A stretch of 40,691 bases of DNA, from IMG/VR virus record IMGVR_UViG_3300009285_002085, one strand, 5' to 3'. Under the pieces are notes generated by a model. It had not been told where the DNA came from and ran no database searches. It was given only the letters and a program-made list of their open reading frames with translations. This document shows, piece by piece, positions 25,646 to 34,244 of the stretch (the stretch's first letter is position 1; every line of letters begins with the position of its first letter). The translations under genes and the position numbers were made by a program. This DNA is from a virus.

Positions 25646-26404
25646 TTAAGTTTTATTGTAGGTTTTGGGGAATCGGGACTTCGCCTTATCCTCATCCGAT
25701 AGTTCGTTTCCGCTGCCGCCCCGGTCGCCCAATGCCAGCGAATCATTAGAGACGGCCTTTCCGATCGCGGCAAATACCCGCAGAAACGTGGGATGATTGC
25801 CGAGAGGAAGGCCGCCGACCTTCGTTTCCTCGATGAACTTCTGGACTTCCGGAGTATCGCCCCCGAATTTCTTGAAGGCTCGGGCCGCAAGTTCCGTGTT
25901 GACTTTGAACGTGTCGCCCTTCCATTCATCCTTGAGGGTGTTTATTGCAGCCTCGTTTGCCTGCTGTTCGGCCTGCTGCGCCTTGGCCTGCCCCTCTTTG
26001 GCAAGGCCCCAGTACCAGTTGTAAATCTCTTTCGCCTGAGCGTCAGGTAGGCCCTTCTCGAAGGCAAACTGCTTAAAGACTGATTCGATTGCCGGGTCAT
26101 ACGGAACCCCCTCGGGGAGATCCGCAGGTTTGGCGACACTGTACTTGTCCGCTGTTTCCGGCCTTCCCAGTTTCTGGTAGAAAGCCGCCCTGTCTGCATC
26201 GGTCGAATTTGCGTCAGGAATGACAATCGCTTTCCCTTCGGCCTTAAGCAGCGTGTCGAACTTGTCCCAGACCTGTGCAGGTTCTTTGAACTGGGCAAAG
26301 GTTTCGTTCTGCTTGTGGGCGTCCGGCAATGAAGCCATCCATCCGGGATACTCAACCGCTCCGCTTCCTCCGGCATTGTTTCCGCCGCCATCGTTGTCTG
26401 CCAT
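25646..26404 (-). CDS. capsid scaffolding protein
   Basis: 252 aa, acidic and helical, with a G/N-rich N-terminus. It lies between the portal and the major capsid genes. Confidence 0.75.
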   Translation of the reverse strand: MADNDGGGNNAGGSGAVEYPGWMASLPDAHKQNETFAQFKEPAQVWDKFDTLLKAEGKAIVIPDANSTDADRAAFYQKLGRPETADKYSVAKPADLPEGVPYDPAIESVFKQFAFEKGLPDAQAKEIYNWYWGLAKEGQAKAQQAEQQANEAAINTLKDEWKGDTFKVNTELAARAFKKFGGDTPEVQKFIEETKVGGLPLGNHPTFLRVFAAIGKAVSNDSLALGDRGGSGNELSDEDKAKSRFPKTYNKT

Positions 26405-26405
26405 T

Positions 26406-26684
26406 TTACAATTCCTCCTTGTCTGATTTTATGATCGGCTGTTTCATCAGCCGCATCGTGAATGCCTGCATGTTTTCAACTATAATGCCGCCACCGCCTA
26501 AAATGGCAAGCAATTTCATGGCCCAATTCCTAAGCGCAATCGCTTCCGCCGTTGCCGGGATAGGGTCGAATGCGCCCATGTCTCCAAGCATCCACATCAG
26601 GGTTGCCTGCCCCGTCCGGGTGGAAAACGTCTGCCGGGCCTGGGAAATGATCTCTTGATCGGCAAGGTTAAGCGGCTGCGGCAT
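26406..26684 (-). CDS. hypothetical protein (92 aa)
   Basis: ATG at 26684 has GGAGGG 7 nt upstream. The GTG at 26699 was rejected. Confidence 0.55.
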   Translation of the reverse strand: MPQPLNLADQEIISQARQTFSTRTGQATLMWMLGDMGAFDPIPATAEAIALRNWAMKLLAILGGGGIIVENMQAFTMRLMKQPIIKSDKEEL

Positions 26685-28368
26685 CTGGCATCCCTCCACT
26701 CAACGCTGCATCCAGACCTTGAGACAACTTTCCGCCCATGTTCCGATCGGCCTCGCTTGCCGTTTTCAATCCCTGCAATGCACTCATGGCGTCCTGCTGC
26801 TGCGACTCCAACTGCTGCGCTTGCATCCGGCCCTGCCGGATTTTTTCCACCGCCTCTTTTGGGCGTACGATCGCCGCGGGGACGCGGTTCGAATCAGCCA
26901 GCACCCGGCCAGCCTCATCGAGATCGAAGTTGTCAAGTACCTCTGGGTTGATATCTATAAGCGGCGCGATCTCTGCCATGAATTTTCTGATTCCGTCTTT
27001 CGAAAACCGCTCTCGCTGTGCCTGAGCCAAAGGCCCCATATAAACAGGGTCAAACCGCAGACTCCTGTCTTGCTGCCCCATCTCAATTAAGATATCCGGC
27101 ACCTTCGGCATGCGAGAAACGGACTGATTGGTTTCAATGTCATAAACCGAATCCAAGAGCCCATCAAGCGCCGTGTTGAAACTCCCCAGCTCCGCCCCCA
27201 AGACAGCCGCCTTCTCTGCCATCATCTCCGAAACTTCGTAGGCCGTGCGCTGCCCACCGTCCATCTGCGACAGCATCAGGAAGGTGTCAACATGGAAACG
27301 CTCCCGGATTGCCCGCTGTTTAGCCTGCTCCCGATCAACGCCGATCGGGAATGACGCCCCGGTATTGACCGGCGTGATCCGGTCGGATGGATTTTCCATG
27401 TAGTTCAACCCGCGAGGCTTGAGCTGTGTCTTGCCGAGTAGATACGAGGGCACGTTGTAAGCCGGGTCAATAGCCAGCTGCGCAGCGCCGAGAAGCGTCT
27501 TCGACATCAGGTTAATGCCCTTGATATCCGCCATTGCCAGCATTGCAGGGCTTAACCCGTAGGGCTCTTTCCCGGATTTCAGATATCGCCAGACATGATA
27601 GGGGAAAAGGCTATATCCGCCTTCTGCGCAGATATGGTTTCCGGCTGTCATCAGCCAGACCGAGGCGAAAGGTTTATTCTTCGCGTCCTGCTTCCGATCG
27701 TCGTATTCCACGCGGGGAAATACGGCATGGATTACCTCGAACTCTGTGAACGGGTTCGTCTCGTAAGCCTGCTTGACGGCATCGGTAACGTTATCCTTAC
27801 CGAACATCTCGACCATCTGCTTAGCCGACAGCTTGCGTTTCCGGTGCAGAACATCGACTTCGCCATATTTATTTTCCGCGATGAATATCTCTCCGGGATG
27901 ACAGGCCTCGAAAACAATCCGCTCTTTGGCGATATCCTCTTGCGCGTACATCGCCGCAGTGCCGAGAGTGAATCCGTCATAGATGTAAGACCACATCTCA
28001 TTGTAGAAATTCGACCTGTTTAAGGCCATGTACATGTTGAACTCAATTTCATCCAGCCAGACGCCAACCTCGGGAAGCGTGTTCACCTTCTTACGGTTCA
28101 TCTGGTACTTGAACCAGGCAAACGCGGGGCTGACGTGATAGCCGTGAATGCCATCCGTGGCCAGAACGGCGGCGCCGACGGCAGTGCCGTCGTAAATCTT
28201 TGTCCCCTTCCGTTCGCCCTTCATCAGGACGCCGCGGATATCGTCCCGGTAAGGACTGACATAATCCGCGACATCCTGCATGCGGTCATTGAAGTTGGCC
28301 TTGTCGGTTTCAAGTTTGTTCTGCCGACTCATCACCAGCGTCTTTAGTTTTTGATCTTGCTCGATCAT
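26668..28368 (-). CDS. portal / head-to-tail connector protein (T7 gp8-like)
   Basis: The start MIEQDQKLKTLVMSRQNKLETDKANFNDRMQDVADYVSPYRDD and a Q/A/M-rich C-terminal tail resemble the gp8 family. It precedes the scaffold and capsid genes. The upstream 42-codon extension lacks an RBS. Confidence 0.85.
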   Translation of the reverse strand: MIEQDQKLKTLVMSRQNKLETDKANFNDRMQDVADYVSPYRDDIRGVLMKGERKGTKIYDGTAVGAAVLATDGIHGYHVSPAFAWFKYQMNRKKVNTLPEVGVWLDEIEFNMYMALNRSNFYNEMWSYIYDGFTLGTAAMYAQEDIAKERIVFEACHPGEIFIAENKYGEVDVLHRKRKLSAKQMVEMFGKDNVTDAVKQAYETNPFTEFEVIHAVFPRVEYDDRKQDAKNKPFASVWLMTAGNHICAEGGYSLFPYHVWRYLKSGKEPYGLSPAMLAMADIKGINLMSKTLLGAAQLAIDPAYNVPSYLLGKTQLKPRGLNYMENPSDRITPVNTGASFPIGVDREQAKQRAIRERFHVDTFLMLSQMDGGQRTAYEVSEMMAEKAAVLGAELGSFNTALDGLLDSVYDIETNQSVSRMPKVPDILIEMGQQDRSLRFDPVYMGPLAQAQRERFSKDGIRKFMAEIAPLIDINPEVLDNFDLDEAGRVLADSNRVPAAIVRPKEAVEKIRQGRMQAQQLESQQQDAMSALQGLKTASEADRNMGGKLSQGLDAALSGGMPDAAAA

Positions 28369-28399
28369 ACCATCGCCCCTTACATGAACAATCGCCTTA

Positions 28400-30427
28400 C
28401 TACGGGGTCTGCTGCGTCCAGGTTCCGGTGTACGATGTAGCAATCCAGTTGGTTCCATCCACCGCGACAAGACAAAGGGCTTCACCAACAGCATTTGCCG
28501 TCCAGTATTCAGCCGCGTCGCCGGCTGTCCCCGCGATATTGATAACGTCCCCCGCTGCGGGGGTTACCCTAAGTTCCTGGGCCGCCATGACCACGAAGCA
28601 GTAGTTCAATCCTGCAACCGCTGCCGGAAGGGTCTGTGCGGCGGGGGCTCCTGAACCCGCATTTGTCAAGACAATTCCACTCTCTGCGGCAAGAACAGCG
28701 TGGGCATCAGTGTCGTCGGTGACTGTTTTCAAGAATCCGCCCAGGGCCGCTGTACCGTCGCCGGTAATCGCGTCGCCGGTCGTAATCCCCGAAGATGCGT
28801 TCAGGGCTATCCCTCCTGCAGTTGCCGTCAGAGTAATGGCCCCCGCATCAGTTCCCTGAGTGTTTGTGACGACTATGGTTTCAGCAACACCCTGATTTGT
28901 TGTGAGTGCGATTGCCGAGGCTCCTGTGGTCTTCGAAGAGATAAGAACCTGCCCGCCAGCTATGTCCACATCTTTGCCGGTTGCTGCGTCAATGTTCACA
29001 CCACCCGCCGAGGACAGCAAGGTGATTGCACTTTCTGACGTTCCCTGAGTGTTGGTGACAGTAATCGTCTCAGAGGTTCCAATGTTCGCGGTAAGGGAGA
29101 TGGCCCCAGCCGCATCGTCTTTGGAAACAAGCTTTACCTGTCCACCCGCAATATCTACGTCTTTAGCTGCGGCAGCGTCAACATTCACACCACCTGCGGT
29201 AGACAAAAGGGTAATTGCACTTTCGCTTGTCCCCTGAGTATTAGTCACAACGATGGTTTCCGACACGCCAATATTCGCCGTCAAAGAAATGGCGCTGGCT
29301 GCGTCGTCCTTGCTTACAAGGGCAACCTGTCCGCCTGCAATGTTGACATCCTTTGCGGCAGCTGCGTCAATATCAACACCGCCCGCGGTAGCCAATGCCT
29401 TGATCGCATCTTCTCCCGTTCCCGCTGAAGAAAGAATCACACTGGAATCGTTTGCCCCCGTGACGGAAATGGTCAAATCGTCGGCAGCGCCGTCAGACGC
29501 CAGCGTGATTGTCATCGCTTCCCCGGCGGTTCCTGTGATGTCCGCGATCCCGGTAAGCGCCCCCGTTGTCGAAATATCCCAAGTGGTGGAGTTTACGGCT
29601 ACGGTCTCGTCGCCGTCGCCAATGGCCACCGCAATAACGTCCCCATTGGTCAGTGTAATCCCCGGCCTGTAGGTCGTGTTGTCAACGTCGTATGCTTGAA
29701 TCAGCATAGTTTCGGCGGTCGTCGTGCTGGACTTGATCCCTTTGGTAGTGGCAAAGGTCGCGTCGCCGGTCAGCGCCATCGAGGCAACCCCGGAGAAGGC
29801 TCCCGCCGATGATACGTCCCAAGAAGAGGTCGCAACCGCAACCGTGCTTGTCCCATCACCAAGCGTTGTGGCCCCGGTAACGCCGAAGCTCGCGGAACTC
29901 AGCGCCCCCGAGAAGGCTCCGGACGCCGCCGTGATCGCACCTGCCTTCGTAACGTACCACGTCCCGGAAGTCCCGTTGATGTCATACCCGGTTCCGGCGT
30001 TGGTGATCTGAAATGCATCCCCGGTGCCTGCCGTCTTGTTGATGAAAAATGTATCGTTGCTGGCATGGCTGCCATTGAGCTGCACCGCGCCCTGGTCTAC
30101 CGTGATAGTCCTGCCTGCTCCCGCTCCACCCTGATCATAGGACGCATCGAGGGTATTACCGGACCCGACCGTCAGCAGATTTGTCGCAGTACCAGCCGAA
30201 TCTTTGAAGAAAAGTGCGGTCGTGGCCGCTCCATCGTCTGCGATATAGAGACGCCCCTTGTTTGCCGCGGGATTGCCCGGCGCTGAAATTTCGGGAAATT
30301 CCAGGTATGACCGGAACTCCACGGGCTTGTAATAATGCATATCGTCTGTGACGTTCCCGGCCAGCGCCGGAGACGCCGTGACAATCAGCATCAGGTAAAC
30401 CGACAACCATGCAATATACTTTTTCAT
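28400..30427 (-). CDS. exported beta-helix-like repeat protein (675 aa) with a Sec signal peptide
   Basis: MKKYIAWLSVYLMLIVTASPALA|GN shows n-h-c regions and an AxA site. AAGGAGG lies 7 nt upstream. It has three 63-aa tandem repeats and is rich in G/T/A/S. Confidence 0.8.
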   Translation of the reverse strand: MKKYIAWLSVYLMLIVTASPALAGNVTDDMHYYKPVEFRSYLEFPEISAPGNPAANKGRLYIADDGAATTALFFKDSAGTATNLLTVGSGNTLDASYDQGGAGAGRTITVDQGAVQLNGSHASNDTFFINKTAGTGDAFQITNAGTGYDINGTSGTWYVTKAGAITAASGAFSGALSSASFGVTGATTLGDGTSTVAVATSSWDVSSAGAFSGVASMALTGDATFATTKGIKSSTTTAETMLIQAYDVDNTTYRPGITLTNGDVIAVAIGDGDETVAVNSTTWDISTTGALTGIADITGTAGEAMTITLASDGAADDLTISVTGANDSSVILSSAGTGEDAIKALATAGGVDIDAAAAKDVNIAGGQVALVSKDDAASAISLTANIGVSETIVVTNTQGTSESAITLLSTAGGVNVDAAAAKDVDIAGGQVKLVSKDDAAGAISLTANIGTSETITVTNTQGTSESAITLLSSAGGVNIDAATGKDVDIAGGQVLISSKTTGASAIALTTNQGVAETIVVTNTQGTDAGAITLTATAGGIALNASSGITTGDAITGDGTAALGGFLKTVTDDTDAHAVLAAESGIVLTNAGSGAPAAQTLPAAVAGLNYCFVVMAAQELRVTPAAGDVINIAGTAGDAAEYWTANAVGEALCLVAVDGTNWIATSYTGTWTQQTP
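28851..29417 (-). repeat. three tandem 189-bp (63-aa) coding repeats
   Basis: GTTCCCTGAGTGTTTGTGAC, GTTCCCTGAGTGTTGGTGAC and GTCCCCTGAGTATTAGTCAC recur at 28851, 29040 and 29229. The protein repeats read GGV(D/N)(I/V)DAA..KDV.IAGGQV..VSKDDAA.AISLTANIG.SETI.VTNTQGTSESAITLLS.A. Confidence 0.9.
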
Positions 30428-30441
30428 TTCAAATCCTCCTT

Positions 30442-30885
30442 TTAGTGATACCAAAATTCAACTGCCAGTTGCCCGGCTCCATTTCTCGCTTGCACAACCA
30501 CGGGGTTCTGCGCTGCTGCCGTGCTGACACAAATTTTGGCGTTGGCACAGGCTACCCCGACTACTACGTTTGCCGTCCCACGGATCAGCGACACATTGCC
30601 ATCCGACCCGACCTCAAACTCCGCACTCTCGGAAATTACACCTGCTGCGGAAACCCGGACAAATCCATGCCCGGAGTAATTTGCGGTAATCGTGGGAAGT
30701 GTCACAGACCCCTCATCATCGACCGCAGTTGCCGATGACCAGTATGTCCCCCCATTGATTGTTACCGAGGACGCGGATATTGCGCCCAGCGCCCCGGTGT
30801 TGATTCCCTGTGTGATCGGAGGCCCAGCCCATACTGAGCCCGTGATCAGGATCAGGATTATCAGAAGTGAAAGTAGTTTTCTCAT
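30442..30885 (-). CDS. exported protein (147 aa) with a Sec signal peptide
   Basis: MRKLLSLLIILILITGSVWA|GPP. RBS AGGGGG. Confidence 0.75.
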   Translation of the reverse strand: MRKLLSLLIILILITGSVWAGPPITQGINTGALGAISASSVTINGGTYWSSATAVDDEGSVTLPTITANYSGHGFVRVSAAGVISESAEFEVGSDGNVSLIRGTANVVVGVACANAKICVSTAAAQNPVVVQARNGAGQLAVEFWYH

Positions 30886-30893
30886 AGCGCCCC

Positions 30894-31373
30894 CTACTTC
30901 GACAGCAACAGCTTAACAGTTCCGGTGGCGCTGACAACGCTCTGGCCCGTAATCACCAGAGTAAGCGCCCCGTCGACCAGCGATCCGCCATAGAGCGAGG
31001 CCGTCGCGTCCAGTTTAGGGATGACCCGCTCCGTTGCTGTTGCCGATCTATTTGCCAACTGACCGCCGGCAATATCGAACCCGCTGGCATCGTTGATGAC
31101 AATGTCGTACAGGGTAGTCGGCGCCACCGACCCGGGATCCGTTTCAATCGCGTAGACATACCAGCCGGAAATCTCCGTCGTGATCGCGGCGTTGGTCGCC
31201 GTCGACGGTACGGTTCCGTTCGCTGCATCGCCAGTCCATGAAAATGTCACCGCTTTCATGTTACCGTTGGGATAGCTCTTGATTGCCTGGGTCACCGATC
31301 CGGCAGCGTCGGCCTGGCAGGCGAGGAACACAAGCGCCATCAGGATCAGAATTGCCGTGAATAGTCTTTTCAT
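30894..31373 (-). CDS. exported protein (159 aa) with a Sec signal peptide
   Basis: MKRLFTAILILMALVFLACQADA|AGS. RBS AAGGGGG. Confidence 0.75.
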   Translation of the reverse strand: MKRLFTAILILMALVFLACQADAAGSVTQAIKSYPNGNMKAVTFSWTGDAANGTVPSTATNAAITTEISGWYVYAIETDPGSVAPTTLYDIVINDASGFDIAGGQLANRSATATERVIPKLDATASLYGGSLVDGALTLVITGQSVVSATGTVKLLLSK

Positions 31374-31407
31374 AGTTTGTCCCCCTTAATTCGTCACTAA
31401 ATACCCA

Positions 31408-31608
31408 TCAAACCCGCTCTTCCCGTCTACATCCGCCGCGCTCGCCGTAGCCTGCACCTTGATTATACAAGGGCCGGGGAACGATGGCGGTAGCGGGTTC
31501 CGGCATTGTGGTCTGGATCGGATTGTCAGCGCTAACCGGAGAACCCTTATAGTTTTTGATATCTACCGGCTGCGTTGCCAACGGCACTTTTTGATTTCTG
31601 CTGCTCAT
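31408..31608 (-). CDS. hypothetical protein (about 66 aa)
   Basis: ATG at 31608 lies 2 nt after the upstream stop (or GTG at 31614). The RBS is weak. Confidence 0.45.
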   Translation of the reverse strand: MSSRNQKVPLATQPVDIKNYKGSPVSADNPIQTTMPEPATAIVPRPLYNQGAGYGERGGCRREERV

Positions 31609-31610
31609 CG

Positions 31611-31802
31611 TCACTGTCCCAAAAGCGTCTTTTTTGTTCCAGGGTCTTCAAGCCCCAGACCGGATGTCAGGATGGTTGAGCTTCTACCTTTGCGCAACCT
31701 TGCCAGCGCCCGTTCTTTTTCCATCGAGGCCTGCACATCAGCATCACTCACCTTGGGAGCCGGGGTCGCCGGCGCTACGTTACCGCCACCACCAAAACAC
31801 AT
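31611..31802 (-). CDS. hypothetical small protein (63 aa)
   Basis: TGATG overlap with the GNAT stop. It has a Gly-rich N-terminus MCFGGGG and a C-terminal RKGRSSTILTSGLG...KKTLLG motif that I recall from small podovirus proteins. Unverified. Confidence 0.55.
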   Translation of the reverse strand: MCFGGGGNVAPATPAPKVSDADVQASMEKERALARLRKGRSSTILTSGLGLEDPGTKKTLLGQ

Positions 31803-32245
31803 CAGCGTACCTCCATCATCAACTGAACTCCACTTTTCCGGAAGCCCATGTCTTCATAGAATTTGGCCACATACTCATTATCGATTCCCGCTGTGACTCC
31901 AACCAGGATAACCCTCACCCCCCGAGCTTTTGCCCATCGGATGTAATCGGTCACCATTCTGATTGCCGCAATGCCCCGGTTGTCGGGCTTGAGATACAAA
32001 ACGTAGTCAGCCGCGATCAACTCATCCGAAAACGCGGGTTGATAAACCGACCCGCCCATCACACCGACAATCTCGCCGTCGACGACGTAGACCACTGCAT
32101 AGCCATTTGCCATTGCGTCCCGGCAGGTCTCAGCGACCCGGCGAGGAGAATACAACAGCTCCCGGTAATTCGGGCTCTCGCTATGCATCTCGCGCAGGAG
32201 ATCGACCACGGCGGGGATATCGGCTTCTGTCATGTGTCTAAGCAT
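31802..32245 (-). CDS. GNAT-family N-acetyltransferase (copy 1)
   Basis: IVGVMGG...LYLKPDNRGIAAIRMVTDYIRWAK...FYEDMGF. ATG at 32245 has GGAG 8 nt upstream. The 180-aa longest ORF was rejected. Confidence 0.75.
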   Translation of the reverse strand: MLRHMTEADIPAVVDLLREMHSESPNYRELLYSPRRVAETCRDAMANGYAVVYVVDGEIVGVMGGSVYQPAFSDELIAADYVLYLKPDNRGIAAIRMVTDYIRWAKARGVRVILVGVTAGIDNEYVAKFYEDMGFRKSGVQLMMEVR

Positions 32246-33719
32246 CGAACGGGCTCCATTCTGCAGCTTCAGTGATGTTCTTCTGCTGACCACGCGTTCC
32301 GGCCTTTTTGTCCACCGGATAGGCAAAGGACAATGCCAGTGCATCGGCCCGGTTTGGTGAGGGAACTCTCCGCTTCTTCATGTCCTTCTTTGATTCGATT
32401 TGAATTTTACCATCCAAACGCGGAACCGTCTCAGGCCCGATTAGGTCATCATGAAGGACGTTATCCTCCGGGATTGCCCCACCTTCCTTCAGCCAGTCGC
32501 GCATCAGCTTCCACATTTCGGCGCGTTTGTTGATACACCCATTATCGGTCGATTTTTCTGCAAACCAGACGAGCCGCCAGTGGTTACGCTTCAAAACCTT
32601 CCCAGCGCTAACAATCCCCGTTCCATAGCCGGCATCAATAAAAACAGCGTCCGCCCCCTGTTCGTCCTCCAGGTTCGCAAGGAGCGTTGCGATGGTGATG
32701 TCATTGTCGTTTTTGGCTATTGTGCGGAGGATCTTGAAAACGAGCCCTTGCCGGAGGCCGATAACTAATTCGTCGTCGCCTTCCCAGGCGGGATCACAGG
32801 TCAGAATCTTCGGCGCGAACATATACTGTTCCGGCCTGATCGATTTTCCAAAAGCCTTATCCACGTCCTCCAGAGAAATGAACTGTTTTACCGACAGGGA
32901 GGGGAACATCCCGCGAACACGAACCTTGACAAAATCGCTATCAACACCATAGTCGTCAATCCATTCCTGGATTTTAGCTTTATTGGCTATCATGCAGGAA
33001 CGGGAATCTATCTGCCGGGTAATCCAACGATGACGGAATCGGCCAAAACATTCCTTAAATCGACCAGTGTTCCGCGTGGGATTACCGAAGGCCCCCCAAA
33101 TGATTTCAGTTTCGCTGTCCAGCATGGCGCCCTCAGCCACCTCCCAGATAACATCGGGAATGGATGACGCCTCATCGAACAGTAATAGTACCCGCTTCCC
33201 CTCGTTGTGCAGCCCGGCAAACGCCTCAGTGTTTGTTTCCGACCAAGGGACTGCATCTGTGCGCCAGGTCTTTTCGTGATCCTTGGCGACAGAAAATATC
33301 GCTGTGGCTGTCACCGTGAACCAATGGCGATTAATGGCTAAGCGGTGCCATTTTGCGAGTTCTGGCCATGTCTTTGTCCGTAGCTGGGATTCGGTATTTG
33401 CTGTTACTACGCCACGGGTATCCTCCCTGGTACTCATCGCCCACAGTATTAACCAGGCTACCAACGCTGACTTGCCGATATCGTGTCCCGAGGCGGTCGC
33501 GATCTGGATCGCCTGTTGTAGAGAAATTAACCCGGCGCCTATGTCGTTCAAAACATCAATTTGCCAGCTGTCGGGGCCTTGGTGATTTTTTAGCTCACCA
33601 CTCCCCCAAGGGAAGGCATACAGAACATACCCGAGTGGATTCTTGGAGAATCCAGCAATGTCCTCGATTAACTCTAACTCTGGGTCAATCCTTTGTGCGT
33701 TCCCTTGATGCACGCTCAC
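32238..33719 (-). CDS. terL: terminase large subunit
   Basis: Walker A-like ATASGHDIGKS, Walker B VLLLFDEAS, and a C-terminal nuclease-like region with conserved acidic residues. It is preceded by a small-subunit-sized gene. GTG start. Confidence 0.9.
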   Translation of the reverse strand: MSVHQGNAQRIDPELELIEDIAGFSKNPLGYVLYAFPWGSGELKNHQGPDSWQIDVLNDIGAGLISLQQAIQIATASGHDIGKSALVAWLILWAMSTREDTRGVVTANTESQLRTKTWPELAKWHRLAINRHWFTVTATAIFSVAKDHEKTWRTDAVPWSETNTEAFAGLHNEGKRVLLLFDEASSIPDVIWEVAEGAMLDSETEIIWGAFGNPTRNTGRFKECFGRFRHRWITRQIDSRSCMIANKAKIQEWIDDYGVDSDFVKVRVRGMFPSLSVKQFISLEDVDKAFGKSIRPEQYMFAPKILTCDPAWEGDDELVIGLRQGLVFKILRTIAKNDNDITIATLLANLEDEQGADAVFIDAGYGTGIVSAGKVLKRNHWRLVWFAEKSTDNGCINKRAEMWKLMRDWLKEGGAIPEDNVLHDDLIGPETVPRLDGKIQIESKKDMKKRRVPSPNRADALALSFAYPVDKKAGTRGQQKNITEAAEWSPFDA

Positions 33720-34110
33720 GAGCCTCTTTTAATTTATCGTAAAGATTGAGATTCCCTGATAACTCAAGTTTTTCAGTGGGATACGCATTGTCCAACTTCT
33801 GAGCATCCATCCGGGCTCGCTGCCTTGTTCCCCAGTCCACCTCATCCCAAGTGACCACCGATTCCCCGTCCGAATAGTCGCGAGCCCCGTCAGCCATGCT
33901 GACGATAACACCCGTGACAGCCATCACCTTCACTCCCCGCGGCAGTGCGCTGTTGGAGATTGCGCCTTTCACCTTCAGGGTCTTTGAGACTTTGGCTTTC
34001 GATTCTGCTTTGAGCTGCCTAGCCCAGTACAGTGGGGTTAGGCCCAGAGATTCCCGGGCCGCGATGTGGGGATGGAGTAAATCTTGGATTAATTGCTCAC
34101 CTGTTGGCAT
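33685..34110 (-). CDS. terS: terminase small subunit (by position)
   Basis: 141 aa. It overlaps terL by 35 nt and has a helical N-terminus and a basic C-terminal tail. No motif-level proof. Confidence 0.55.
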   Translation of the reverse strand: MPTGEQLIQDLLHPHIAARESLGLTPLYWARQLKAESKAKVSKTLKVKGAISNSALPRGVKVMAVTGVIVSMADGARDYSDGESVVTWDEVDWGTRQRARMDAQKLDNAYPTEKLELSGNLNLYDKLKEARERASRERTKD

Positions 34111-34130
34111 AAATTCCCCCGTTTGGGGGA

Positions 34131-34159
34131 AGGCTACTGAAAACTGAAAATTCTGTCAA
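34131..34159 (-). promoter_or_regulatory. candidate late promoter: -35 TTGACA at 34159..34154, 17-nt spacer, weak -10 TAGCCT at 34136..34131
   Basis: Read on the reverse complement. It lies 3 nt downstream of the iteron array and upstream of terS. Confidence 0.4.
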
Positions 34160-34162
34160 ACT

Positions 34163-34224
34163 GACGCTACAGAGGTGACGCTACAGAGGTGACGCTACAG
34201 AGGTGACGCTACAGAGGTGACGTG
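34163..34224. repeat. iteron array: 14-bp unit GACGCTACAGAGGT x4 plus a partial fifth copy (GACGTG)
   Basis: Four perfect head-to-tail copies at 34163, 34177, 34191 and 34205, in an intergenic position. Confidence 0.95.
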
Positions 34225-34244
34225 AAAAAATATTTTAACTATTT

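Noticed and set aside
26886-26895. GGTTCGAATC, a tRNA T-arm-like motif
   Set aside because: It lies inside the portal gene. I could not build a flanking acceptor or anticodon stem, so it is a chance match. No tRNA was found anywhere by eye.
34163-34224. The 14-bp tandem repeats considered as a CRISPR array
   Set aside because: The repeats are directly adjacent with no spacers, the unit is too short, and there are no cas genes. They are iterons/operators.
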